Source: a candidate division WOR-3 bacterium
GTDB taxonomy: Bacteria > Hydrothermota > Tepidihabitantia > Tepidihabitantales > DTDR01
DNA: 31,096 bases
Assembly: GCA_039801885.1 (NCBI GenBank)
Contig: JBDRVN010000015.1
Location: forward strand, 1-31,096
Direction of reading: 5' to 3'
Position 1 is the first letter of the stretch; each line of letters opens with the position of its first letter. Below the pieces are notes generated by a model. That model was given only the letters and a program-made list of their open reading frames with translations. It did no database searches and had not been told where the DNA came from. The position numbers and the translations under genes were made by a program. Of this stretch, positions 1 to 8,791 are shown one piece after another.

Positions 1-1
1 T

Positions 2-469
2 AGTAATTGGCGGTTGGCGGATACTTCGGTTGTTAAACTTTTCTTAGAAATAACTAATCTCAGCGATTCTTGTAACAAAATTGAGTGGAGAATTCCTTAT
101 TTTAACATTGTGATTTGCGAACCAACTATCAGAACAAGAACACCGGGTTATTGGAAGACCCATCCGGAGGAATGGCCTGAGCCTTATCATCCGGATGATA
201 TTTTTTATTTAAGTGGCGAAACCTATTTACAAGTTTTATGGCATCCACCAATAGGCGATGCCTATTATATTCTTGCCCATCAATTTATTGCTGCTTTGTT
301 AAATAAGGCAAGTGGTTGTCCAGTTCCTAATGATGTTGAAGAAATTCTTATTGAAGCCGATTTATGGTTTCAAAGAACAAGATCGCCAATTAAGCCAAAT
401 TCCCAAGAAGGCAGAAAGGCAATAAGATGGGCAGAAAGGTTAGATGTTTATAATAATACGGGAAGATAA
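2..469 (+). CDS. 5'-truncated putative secreted/surface protein with a TPGYWKxH-motif domain
   Basis: The frame is open from position 2 (AGT AAT TGG CGG TTG...), so the real start lies upstream of the window. It contains RTPGYWKTHP...LAHQFIAALLN...LDVYNN, a motif set I associate with surface proteins, and shares DSCNKxxWxIP with the next gene. Confidence 0.6.
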   Translation, partial: SNWRLADTSVVKLFLEITNLSDSCNKIEWRIPYFNIVICEPTIRTRTPGYWKTHPEEWPEPYHPDDIFYLSGETYLQVLWHPPIGDAYYILAHQFIAALLNKASGCPVPNDVEEILIEADLWFQRTRSPIKPNSQEGRKAIRWAERLDVYNNTGR

Positions 470-556
470 AATGGATAAGATTTTAGTAAAAAAGTCTGAT
501 TTCCTCCTGGCAGGTTGTTATTTAAAAAACAAATTAAACAAAAAAGGGAGGATGTT

Positions 557-1249
557 ATGTTAAAGAAAACACTTCTTTTAGTTTGTTTATTTAGTTTAGT
601 TGTTTTTAGCCAGCAATGGCAAGAAAGGCTTTCCTGGTGGTGGAATGGGGAATCATGGGTTTCCCAATTTGGCAATCCTACCGCTCGTGCCAGAAAATGG
701 CTTGAATATAATCCGATTGCTGATTCTTGTAACAAAGAGCGCTGGGAGATTCCGTTTTTGGATACAATATCAGTAGCCCAATGGATTAGGTGGTCGATTG
801 AAGGTACGAAGAACTTATGGCGAGTAAGGAAGATTGGAACTTTTGCTGGTATTGGTCCAATAATATGTTTAAAAAGCAATGAAGATGTGGCGATGTCTTT
901 CCAAGGATTTGAGAATCCGACGAATGGCGAGACAGAGATTGAGAAATGGTATGGTTTTACTGATACTACTGTAGAGCATCCTTCTGAAGTATCTCAGTGG
1001 ATTTCTGCTACCGATTTGAATAATTACACAATTCGTTTTGAATTTCCTAATGGTTGTCAACCCCAATCAATTAAAATATGGGAGAAGATTGAAGTCGAAC
1101 AATGCGACCGGGCTTGCGAATATATTGACCCAGAAGGTGCTACAATCATTTTAACATTAACGGTGATAAAACCTTGGATTGATAAGCGAACCGGACTTTT
1201 TAAATCGCTACCAATAGAACCACCTTATATAATAGATATTGAAAATTAA
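557..1249 (+). CDS. Secreted hypothetical protein (candidate pilin/fibre subunit), 230 aa
   Basis: Start re-assigned to ATG 557 because of GGAGG at 547-551. Sec signal peptide MLKKTLLLVCLFSLVVFS|Q. Beta-rich mature part with several Cys (DSCNK, CQP, QCDRACEY) and a C-terminal alternating strand ATIILTLTV. Confidence 0.6.
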   Translation: MLKKTLLLVCLFSLVVFSQQWQERLSWWWNGESWVSQFGNPTARARKWLEYNPIADSCNKERWEIPFLDTISVAQWIRWSIEGTKNLWRVRKIGTFAGIGPIICLKSNEDVAMSFQGFENPTNGETEIEKWYGFTDTTVEHPSEVSQWISATDLNNYTIRFEFPNGCQPQSIKIWEKIEVEQCDRACEYIDPEGATIILTLTVIKPWIDKRTGLFKSLPIEPPYIIDIEN

Positions 1250-1267
1250 ATAAATTTCTTTTAATCT
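1239..1267 (+). promoter_or_regulatory. sigma70 promoter, leaderless-type (TTGAAA-17-TAATCT-5 nt-ATG1273)
   Basis: -35 at 1239-1244 and -10 at 1262-1267; no Shine-Dalgarno before ATG 1273. Confidence 0.5.
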
Positions 1268-1272
1268 TTTTA

Positions 1273-2811
1273 ATGGTTATTTTTTTGTTGCTTTTACTTA
1301 TTAATCAAGGTGAATTTTCTATTTCACCATTATACTTTGAAATAAAAGCGCCTCCGGGTGCTAGAAGAAAAGTTATAATTACTGTGATTAATGAGACTAA
1401 TACGGAAAGAATAAGAATTTTGGCTCAAAGGGCTGATGTTATTGAAAATTCCGAAGGAGTTTATAAACCGGTAGAACTCGGTAAAGGTGCTCCTTCTTGT
1501 GCTAATTGGTTAAAATTTAAAGATAGTATTATTGAACTTGGACCGCAATCAGGAAAAGAAATAGAAGTTTTTATAGAAATTCCTACCGGTGTTAAAGGTG
1601 GTAGATACGGTGCCTTAACTTTCACTACTCAGCCGACTAAGGAAGAAATGAAATATAAAACAAAAATACCTGTTTATTTTGAGGTTTCTATCCAGCCAGA
1701 AATAAAACCAAAGATTAGTATTCAGGACATAAAAATAGTTGAAGATATTAAAAGATTGCCTAGATTTATGTTTTATAATTTAAAAGATGCTATTGCTGTT
1801 TTAGTTTCGGTAAAAAATGAGAGTGATATCCATGCCGCGGTTAAAGGAAATTTAATTTTAAGAGATAAAAGAGGAAGGAAAATAAAAGAAGTTCCCTTGG
1901 GCGCCGGCCGAGGAGTTGTGTTACCAAATACAACAGTGGAAATAGCATCAATTATTAAAAGATTAGAACCTGGTGAATATACAGTTGATGCGATAGTTCG
2001 TTACGGAACTTTAAATCCGGCAAAAGCCTCAGCTACTTTTACAATTACTCCTAAAAAAGTTGAAAAAAAGGAAATGCTTTTAGGCGGCACAATTCTATTA
2101 AGTGTGAAACCAGAGTTTATTGAAATACCAATTCTTCCGGGTGCCTTTCGAATTAAAACAATTTTACTGGAAAATGAAGAAGATAGCGAAATAAGGATAA
2201 AAGCAGAAATTAAAGAACTTATTAATGACTTGGAGGGTGAACTATATTCGCCCGATACCTTTGGTTATCAATATTCAGCAATTAATTTTATTCAATTAGA
2301 AGAGAAAGAATTTGTTTTAAAACCTAAAGAGAGAAAGACAATAAAACTAAAATTTAATATCCCAAAAGAAGAAAATTCTGGCGGTAGATACGCTTCTTTA
2401 ATTTTAAATGCTTCCAAAGAAGGTTCTTCCTTACCAATTACTTATCAAATTCCAATATTTATCAATTTTATCGGTAAGGCAAATGAAGAGATAAAAATTG
2501 AAAAAGTTGAAGTTGTTGGTAAGGCGCCAGCCAATTTTTATATCTATATTGAAAATTTAGGAGATATTCACTTGAGACCAAAAGGCATTATTTCAATAAG
2601 TCAAAAATTAGTAACAGGCGCTGGTGAACAAGTTATAAAAATTGGTGAATATGAATTAAAAGAGTTAAAGGGTTATTTATTACCAAAAGGAAAAGTGAAA
2701 ATGCTGGCTGAAGGTCCTTTAAGATTAAGAAGTGGTAGGTATTTCATTAAAGTTGTTATCAACTATGGCAAAAATAAAGAATTTGTTTCTGAAAAGGAGA
2801 TTAGTTTATGA
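1273..2811 (+). CDS. Periplasmic chaperone-like Ig-fold protein (PapD-like / DUF916+DUF3324-like module), internally duplicated
   Basis: N-terminal hydrophobic signal, then two homologous halves: FSISPLYFEI..PG..ITVINE / LSVKPEFIEI..PG..ILLENE; IELGPQSGKEIEVFIEIP..GGRYG / FVLKPKERKTIKLKFNIP..GGRYA; KNESDIH..KG / ENLGDIH..KG; GVVLP / GYLLP; PGEY..VRYG / SGRY..INYG. Confidence 0.6.
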   Translation: MVIFLLLLLINQGEFSISPLYFEIKAPPGARRKVIITVINETNTERIRILAQRADVIENSEGVYKPVELGKGAPSCANWLKFKDSIIELGPQSGKEIEVFIEIPTGVKGGRYGALTFTTQPTKEEMKYKTKIPVYFEVSIQPEIKPKISIQDIKIVEDIKRLPRFMFYNLKDAIAVLVSVKNESDIHAAVKGNLILRDKRGRKIKEVPLGAGRGVVLPNTTVEIASIIKRLEPGEYTVDAIVRYGTLNPAKASATFTITPKKVEKKEMLLGGTILLSVKPEFIEIPILPGAFRIKTILLENEEDSEIRIKAEIKELINDLEGELYSPDTFGYQYSAINFIQLEEKEFVLKPKERKTIKLKFNIPKEENSGGRYASLILNASKEGSSLPITYQIPIFINFIGKANEEIKIEKVEVVGKAPANFYIYIENLGDIHLRPKGIISISQKLVTGAGEQVIKIGEYELKELKGYLLPKGKVKMLAEGPLRLRSGRYFIKVVINYGKNKEFVSEKEISL

Positions 2812-4136
2812 AAAATAAATTATTTTTAACACTTTTTATTTTTATAATTTTTCTTTTTGCTCAAGAAGAAATATTGCCGGAAAGTTTGAAAAAGGAATTA
2901 CCGATGGAGAGTATTCCAAAGGAAAGTGTTTCTCAAGAAGCAATAATATCTGGACCGCTGGTTAGTAATGTCTTTTATGAGAGCGAATTAAATCAAGTTT
3001 TAAAAGAGATATCTGACCAAGTGGGTATACCAATAATTACCGATGGCACGGTTTCGGGAACAATAACAATAGAGATAAAAGATTTGCCTTTGGAAGAATG
3101 TTTAAAAAGAATACTTTTCCCTTTAGGCTTTTCCTTTAAGAAACTTAACGGTTATTATCTTGTTGGAAGTGGAAAACCCGAGTATTCTTCCTTTACTTTA
3201 CTTTCTACCTGCGAGATAATTAGACCAAATTATTTAAAAGCAAAAGATATATTTGGTTTAATATCTGATTTTTATAAACCCTATGTTAAATTAAATGATG
3301 AGATAAATGCCTTGGTAATTACTGCTCCTAATCAGGTAATTGAGAAATTTAAAGAAGACTTAAAAAATATTGATAAGCCGCCAAAGCAGGTATTAATCGA
3401 AGCATTGGTCACTGAGATTTCCAGTGATGCTTTTAAAGAATTAGGAATAAATTGGAGTGGCAAATTAACAAAGGGAAGCGATACCTTTAATATTATTGCC
3501 GATTTTACCGAGTTAATTGATACCACATTTGGGATATTTTATAAAATAATAACAAAAGGATTAGGTAAAGATTGGTATTATACATTTTTACCAACATTAG
3601 CAGTAATGGTTCAAAAAGGCAAAGCATCAATAAAGGCAAACCCGAAGATAGTTACTTTAGAAGGTCAGAAGGCAAGCATCATTGTGGGTAAAGAACAATA
3701 TTATCAAATGGTAACCGGACCACCCCAATATCCTTATGTTAGATTAGAAGTTGTTAAATTTGGGACTTCATTAAATATTACACCTTTTATATCTAATAAA
3801 AATGAAATAACCGTAGAAATTGAACCGGAAGTAAGTGATTTTGTTGGAAGGGGTATTGGTGATTTGCCTTTGATTTCTCGCAGAGGAGTAAAGACCCAGG
3901 TAAGAGTAAAAGATGGCGAAAGAATTGTGATAGGTGGTTTATTAACAAAAAATGAAAGGGTAGTCCAAAGAAAGATACCAATACTTGGGGATATACCAAT
4001 ATTAGGTTTTCTTTTTAGATATAATAGAAAAGAAACAGAAAATAGCGAAGTGGTTGTAATTATTACTCCCCATATTTTAAGAGATGGTTTAACACCAAAA
4101 AAGAAGAAATCTTTTGGGATTTTTGAAAAAGAGTAA
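2808..4136 (+). CDS. Secretin (PilQ/GspD family) with STN-like and N domains
   Basis: Signal peptide; N0/STN-like LNQVLKEISDQVGIPIITDGTVSGTITIEIKDLPLEECL; N3-like NALVITAP...LKNIDKP; secretin core QVLIEALVTEI, ANPKIVTLEGQKASIIVG, GTSLNITP, TQVRVKDGERIVIGGL, KIPILGDIPILGFLFR, EVVVIITPHIL. ATGA overlap with the upstream gene. Confidence 0.93.
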   Translation: MKNKLFLTLFIFIIFLFAQEEILPESLKKELPMESIPKESVSQEAIISGPLVSNVFYESELNQVLKEISDQVGIPIITDGTVSGTITIEIKDLPLEECLKRILFPLGFSFKKLNGYYLVGSGKPEYSSFTLLSTCEIIRPNYLKAKDIFGLISDFYKPYVKLNDEINALVITAPNQVIEKFKEDLKNIDKPPKQVLIEALVTEISSDAFKELGINWSGKLTKGSDTFNIIADFTELIDTTFGIFYKIITKGLGKDWYYTFLPTLAVMVQKGKASIKANPKIVTLEGQKASIIVGKEQYYQMVTGPPQYPYVRLEVVKFGTSLNITPFISNKNEITVEIEPEVSDFVGRGIGDLPLISRRGVKTQVRVKDGERIVIGGLLTKNERVVQRKIPILGDIPILGFLFRYNRKETENSEVVVIITPHILRDGLTPKKKKSFGIFEKE

Positions 4137-4145
4137 TATTTATTC

Positions 4146-4174
4146 TTGATATTTCTTTAGATTTTATTTAAAAT
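4146..4174 (+). promoter_or_regulatory. sigma70 promoter of rmuC (TTGATA-17-TAAAAT-8 nt-ATG)
   Basis: -35 at 4146-4151, -10 at 4169-4174, ATG at 4183 without an SD. Confidence 0.6.
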
Positions 4175-4182
4175 AACCTAAA

Positions 4183-5121
4183 ATGATTTTTGGAATTATT
4201 GCGATAATTTTAATAATTATTACTTTTATTTTTCTTTATCTAAAGATTGAGGAGTTAAAGAAAAGCGAAGCAATAAGATTATTACAAGAGCAAATTGGTC
4301 AATTGCGAATGGAATTAAGTCAAAATTTACAAAATACCAGTGGTCAGATAAATTTGAGATTGGATAAAGCAGCAGAAGTAATTTCTGATGTGAAGGAAAG
4401 GTTAGGTGGTTTAAGCGAGGCACAAAGAAGGGTAATTGAATTGAGTGAAGATATAAAGAAATTGGAAGATTTATTAAAGCCACCAAAATTTCGGGGAACT
4501 TTGGGTGAAACTTTGTTAGAAAATCTTTTATCTCAGATTTTACCAAAAGAAAATTATGAAACCCAATACAAGTTTAAAACTGGTAGCCAGGTAGATGCAA
4601 TAATAAAAATTGGTGAGAATATCGTGCCGATTGATTCTAAGTTCTCTTTGGAAAGTTTTGAGAAAATGATAAGTGCCGAAGATAAGGAAAAATATGAAGG
4701 TGCTAAAAGGGATTTTATTAGAACTTGTAAACAACATATTGACGCAATAACCAAATATATCTTACCAACCGAAGGAACTTTTGATTTTGCCTTAATGTAT
4801 ATTCCCGCAGAAAATGTCTATTATGAAACTATTCTTAATTCAGAGATTTTTAATTACTCTTTAGAAAGAAAGGTTATCCCAGTTTCTCCTAATACTTTTT
4901 ATGCTTATTTGAAAGTTATCCTTTATGGATTAAGGGGTTTAAAGATTGAGGAAAAGGCAAAGGAGATAATTAACGGCTTACAAAAAATAGAAAAGGATGC
5001 GAAAGAAGTAAGAGAACTTTTTGATAAGGCAAAAAGTCAATTAAGATATTCTATAAATAATTTTGATGAACTTGATAAGAAACTTTCCCAATTAGAAAGG
5101 GGTATTGCTTTAATTAAATAG
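4183..5121 (+). CDS. rmuC: DNA recombination protein RmuC
   Basis: N-terminal TM helix and coiled coil, then PKFRGTLGETLLENLL, YETQY, VDAII..VPIDSKFS, KYILP.EGTFDFALMYIPAENVY, VSPNTF. Confidence 0.93.
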   Translation: MIFGIIAIILIIITFIFLYLKIEELKKSEAIRLLQEQIGQLRMELSQNLQNTSGQINLRLDKAAEVISDVKERLGGLSEAQRRVIELSEDIKKLEDLLKPPKFRGTLGETLLENLLSQILPKENYETQYKFKTGSQVDAIIKIGENIVPIDSKFSLESFEKMISAEDKEKYEGAKRDFIRTCKQHIDAITKYILPTEGTFDFALMYIPAENVYYETILNSEIFNYSLERKVIPVSPNTFYAYLKVILYGLRGLKIEEKAKEIINGLQKIEKDAKEVRELFDKAKSQLRYSINNFDELDKKLSQLERGIALIK

Positions 5122-7482
5122 AATAATCTTTTCTTTAAGTAATTTTTTATCCATCCGCAGAATAAGAAAATAAATACCTTTAGGAATTCTCTCTTTTTTA
5201 AAGGTTAGTTGGTGATTTCTTTTATTTAGTTCTTTCTTTAATATTGTTTTTAAATAAGCTCCTTTCACATCATATAAATCTATTTGAACTTTTGCTTGAT
5301 AGGGAAGAGCAAGATTAAGAAAGAAATTATCAGAAAGAAAAGGTGTTGAAATTTTATAATAGAAATTATCTTCCTTTTGAATGCTGACCGAAGTATTAAT
5401 TCTTTCCAAGAAGATATCCCAATTTCCTGATTGGAAATCCTGCCATACTAATAATAGTTTATCGTTCCAAATAACTCCCTTAGGATTTGTTGAAAAAGAA
5501 TTATTATAAGTAATTCTTTCTTCCGGAAGCCAAGAGAGACCGCGGTTAGTGCTTCTTATTAAATATATTTCCGAATTATTATCCCGATAATCAACAAAAA
5601 GGACATACAAACTATCTCTTTTAGCAACCAATTTTGGCTTCCAGGCAGAAAAAGGACTTTGGGTAATCTGGATTATTGGTGTCCAAGAATAACCATTGTC
5701 TATACTTTTTGAATAGTAGATTTGCCAATTTCCATTTTCATTTGGTTTTCTCGCCCAAACCAAATGTAGAAAGCCGGTATCATCTTTCAAAAGGGAAGGG
5801 TCAAAATCATAAAATATTTCTGGCGGAGTATCTCGGGTTATCCATTGGGTTCTCCAGGAATCACCATTTTCACTTTGCCAATAACCAATTTCATAATCTT
5901 CGTCTCCGGGCTGCAAGCAAGAGCCAATAATATGAAAATAATTACTATCATCTAAAAGGTCAAAGGATTGAAAATTTCTATTTATTATCCTTTTTGGTTC
6001 TTCCTGCCAATTTTGCTGAAAAGGACGCCAATTAAAATAAAGTCCTTTTTGTGTTCTCTCCCAAGAGAATTTACCTATCTGCCAATAGGCAATAGCATAA
6101 CGATTATTTTTTACTGAAACTGGTGAAGCACAGGAGCCCATATTAGAATCTAAAAAAGATACTACCTGCCAATTTTCACCGCCATCAATACTTGTTGCCA
6201 CCCAAGGATACCAAATAAAAGTAGAATCAATCCGAGAAGGAGATAATGAATCAATTCTTTGGGCAACTTTGGCATAACCCATTCCAGAGACGATTAAACT
6301 ATCATCAGCAGAAATTTTACTATACCAAATGACGCTATCTCTGCCGGGGAGATCAAAAATAATTCTTATCGGCGTCCAGGTTAACCCTCCGTCATAACTT
6401 TTCCGATAGTAAACTTCCCATTTTCCCCTTGTATTATCAAGCCAAATAAGATGGATCCTTCCTTCTTTGTCAACAATGATTTCTGGATCTCGAGAAAAAC
6501 CAGAGTTACTTGAAAGATTTAAATAATTAAAAGAATAGTAATTACTTTTAAAATTTAACCTTGGCTGAAAATTTGGTTCTATCATTTCCGTCATTATTTC
6601 GCCTTCACTAAAATAGGTAGGAAAGCCAAGAAGATAGCCGAGAGTTGGAACAATATCAATTTGGTCCCGTTCAATACTGTCAATAATAATATTCTGTCTA
6701 ATTTCTGGTCCTAATGCTAAAAATAATAAATGACGACAACCGTGGTCCCATTCACCATGACCGGAGAAACCCAAATGAGCATCATCGTTTCTACCGTGAT
6801 CAGTAGTAACAATCATTATTGTCTTATTACGATAAAAAGTATCGGTATAAGGTGGTATTCCTTGAATATGTTTATAAAATTCATAGATAATTGAATCAGC
6901 AATTTTTATTGCTGAAAGATAAGCAGAATAATCACCAGAATGACCTTTGGCATCAACCTCTCTTAAATTGATAAAAACTAATCTCGGATGAAGAGAGTCC
7001 ATAATTTTATGAACCCAATTAGCAATCGTTGTATCATCACCATTATAAATTAAAAATCCTTTAAAATTCTCTCCGTAATAAGGTTCTAAACTAAAATCAA
7101 CACAACGACAATTGCCTTTTCCCATAATTGCTCCACAAGCGGTTTCGGGTAAATTAAGAAATCGACGGTAATATTCAAAAAAGGTTGGTTTTTCTGGTCT
7201 AATATCTTGAGGAACTCCGCCAGTATTTCTGACAATTTGTCTCACACCGCAGGCAATAGTATTATGACCGGCGGTCGTTGCTGTCCAACCTTTATTCCAA
7301 AAGCGGGTATAAATTGTTCCTAAAGGTTTTAAATCGTTCCAAATATGGGGGATATAAAGAGATTCGGATTCAAAGGCTTCATCATTTCTTAATCCATCAA
7401 TAATAATTATAAAAGCATTTTCGGGATTTTGTGAGAAGATTAGAGAAAAAATAAAAAGAGATAAAAATATCTTCCTTCTCAC
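5110..7482 (-). CDS. Secreted alkaline-phosphatase-superfamily enzyme fused to a BNR/Asp-box propeller and a T9SS-type C-terminal sorting domain
   Basis: Signal peptide (GTG start). AP-superfamily motifs IIIIDGLR, TATTAGH (Thr nucleophile position), EVDAKGH, TTDHG. Five Asp-boxes SYDGGLTW, SIDGGENW, SENGDSW, SIDNGYSW, STNRGLSW. CTD LYDVKGAYLK...PKGIYFLIL...KEKIIL. Confidence 0.8.
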   Translation of the reverse strand: MRRKIFLSLFIFSLIFSQNPENAFIIIIDGLRNDEAFESESLYIPHIWNDLKPLGTIYTRFWNKGWTATTAGHNTIACGVRQIVRNTGGVPQDIRPEKPTFFEYYRRFLNLPETACGAIMGKGNCRCVDFSLEPYYGENFKGFLIYNGDDTTIANWVHKIMDSLHPRLVFINLREVDAKGHSGDYSAYLSAIKIADSIIYEFYKHIQGIPPYTDTFYRNKTIMIVTTDHGRNDDAHLGFSGHGEWDHGCRHLLFLALGPEIRQNIIIDSIERDQIDIVPTLGYLLGFPTYFSEGEIMTEMIEPNFQPRLNFKSNYYSFNYLNLSSNSGFSRDPEIIVDKEGRIHLIWLDNTRGKWEVYYRKSYDGGLTWTPIRIIFDLPGRDSVIWYSKISADDSLIVSGMGYAKVAQRIDSLSPSRIDSTFIWYPWVATSIDGGENWQVVSFLDSNMGSCASPVSVKNNRYAIAYWQIGKFSWERTQKGLYFNWRPFQQNWQEEPKRIINRNFQSFDLLDDSNYFHIIGSCLQPGDEDYEIGYWQSENGDSWRTQWITRDTPPEIFYDFDPSLLKDDTGFLHLVWARKPNENGNWQIYYSKSIDNGYSWTPIIQITQSPFSAWKPKLVAKRDSLYVLFVDYRDNNSEIYLIRSTNRGLSWLPEERITYNNSFSTNPKGVIWNDKLLLVWQDFQSGNWDIFLERINTSVSIQKEDNFYYKISTPFLSDNFFLNLALPYQAKVQIDLYDVKGAYLKTILKKELNKRNHQLTFKKERIPKGIYFLILRMDKKLLKEKIILFN

Positions 7483-7488
7483 AAAGAA

Positions 7489-7517
7489 ATTATAAATTAA
7501 AAATTAAATAAAATCAA
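7489..7517 (-). promoter_or_regulatory. sigma70 promoter, leaderless (TTGATT-17-TATAAT-6 nt-GTG7482)
   Basis: Minus-strand -35 at 7517-7512 and -10 at 7494-7489; no SD. Confidence 0.65.
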
Positions 7518-7535
7518 TGCTAAAGGGGATTTTTT

Positions 7536-8777
7536 CTATTTCTTTTTACTCATAAATTCTTTTATTCTATTTAATGCCTCTTTTATATTTTCTATTGAAT
7601 TGGCATAGGAAAATCTGATAAATCCTTGACCATATTTACCAAAGCAGGTGCCGGAAAGGCAGGCAACTCCCATTTCATTCAATAATTTATCAGCCAATTC
7701 TTTACAACTATAGCCGCTATTTTTTACATTAGCAAATATATAAAAAGCTCCTTTTGGTTTTACCTTTACCGAGAAACCAGGAATTTCATTTAGACCATCA
7801 AAAATTACATCTCTTCTTTTATTAAATTCCTGGACCATTTTATCTACCTCATCTTGTGGACCCCTTAATGCTTCTAAACAGGCTCTTTGGATAAAAGTAG
7901 TAGTGCAAGAATTGATATTAGTTTCAATTCTTGCTAATTCCTTTGCCAATTCAGGATGCATAATTCCGTAACCAATTCGCCAACCGGTCATTGCATAGGT
8001 TTTAGAAAAACCATCAAGGATGATTGTCTTTTCTTTCATTCCCGGAAAAGAGGCAATCGAGATAAATTTTTCATTATAAACAATTCGAGAATAGACCTCA
8101 TCTGATAAAACCCATAGGTCGTCATATTTTACTAATATTTCTGCCATATCTTTTAGGTAATCCTCGCCCGCCATACTTCCACAGGGATTGTGAGGGAAAT
8201 TAATAATCAAAAGTTTTGTCTTCTTATTTAATTTCCTTTTTAATTCTTTCAAATCCGGCAAAAAGTCATTTTCTTCCTTTAAAATTAAAGGAACTGCTTT
8301 TCCACCAATATAGTTAATCATTGACTCATAAATAGGGAAACCGGGATTGACATAAAGAACTTCATCACTTTCTTCTACTAATGCCATTATAGCAAAAGAC
8401 ATAATTGGTTTGGCACCAGGAGTGACAACCACTTCTTCTGGTTTAAAATTCATTCCTCTTAATTCACCGGCTTTTTGGGCAATTAACTCTCTTAATTCTG
8501 GTAATCCTTGGGATGGTCCGTAATGGGTCCAGCCCTCGTCCAAGGCTTTTTTGGCTGCCTCTTTTATATTTTTGGGAGTGTCAAAATCTGGTTCACCAAT
8601 CTCTAAATGGATAACACTTTTCCCTTGTCTTTCTAATTCTTTTGCCCTTACCAAAACATCAAAGGCGGTCTCTGTTCCTAAAAGTTTCATTCGAAAAGAG
8701 AGGGGCATTCCACATTCTAAACGGCAAGTTTTTTTAAATCTTTTAACTCTTTTTGCTAATTTTATTTTTCTTGCCAT
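7536..8777 (-). CDS. PLP-dependent class I/II aminotransferase (aspartate aminotransferase-like)
   Basis: IGEPDFDTP, THYGPSQGLPELRE, VTPGAK, NFPHNPCG, SDEVY, DGFSKTYAMTGWRIGY (PLP lysine), GFIRFSYA. AGGAGG SD upstream of ATG 8777. Confidence 0.95.
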   Translation of the reverse strand: MARKIKLAKRVKRFKKTCRLECGMPLSFRMKLLGTETAFDVLVRAKELERQGKSVIHLEIGEPDFDTPKNIKEAAKKALDEGWTHYGPSQGLPELRELIAQKAGELRGMNFKPEEVVVTPGAKPIMSFAIMALVEESDEVLYVNPGFPIYESMINYIGGKAVPLILKEENDFLPDLKELKRKLNKKTKLLIINFPHNPCGSMAGEDYLKDMAEILVKYDDLWVLSDEVYSRIVYNEKFISIASFPGMKEKTIILDGFSKTYAMTGWRIGYGIMHPELAKELARIETNINSCTTTFIQRACLEALRGPQDEVDKMVQEFNKRRDVIFDGLNEIPGFSVKVKPKGAFYIFANVKNSGYSCKELADKLLNEMGVACLSGTCFGKYGQGFIRFSYANSIENIKEALNRIKEFMSKKK

Positions 8778-8791
8778 TTTCTTCCTCCTTC

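Noticed and set aside
448-1066. Minus-strand ORFs 448..879 and 869..1066
   Set aside because: Antisense shadows of the SD- and signal-peptide-supported gene at 557..1249; no motifs.
2808-4136. Secretin as a filamentous-phage pIV or evidence of a prophage
   Set aside because: No Zot-like ATPase, small coat genes, replication protein or integrase nearby.
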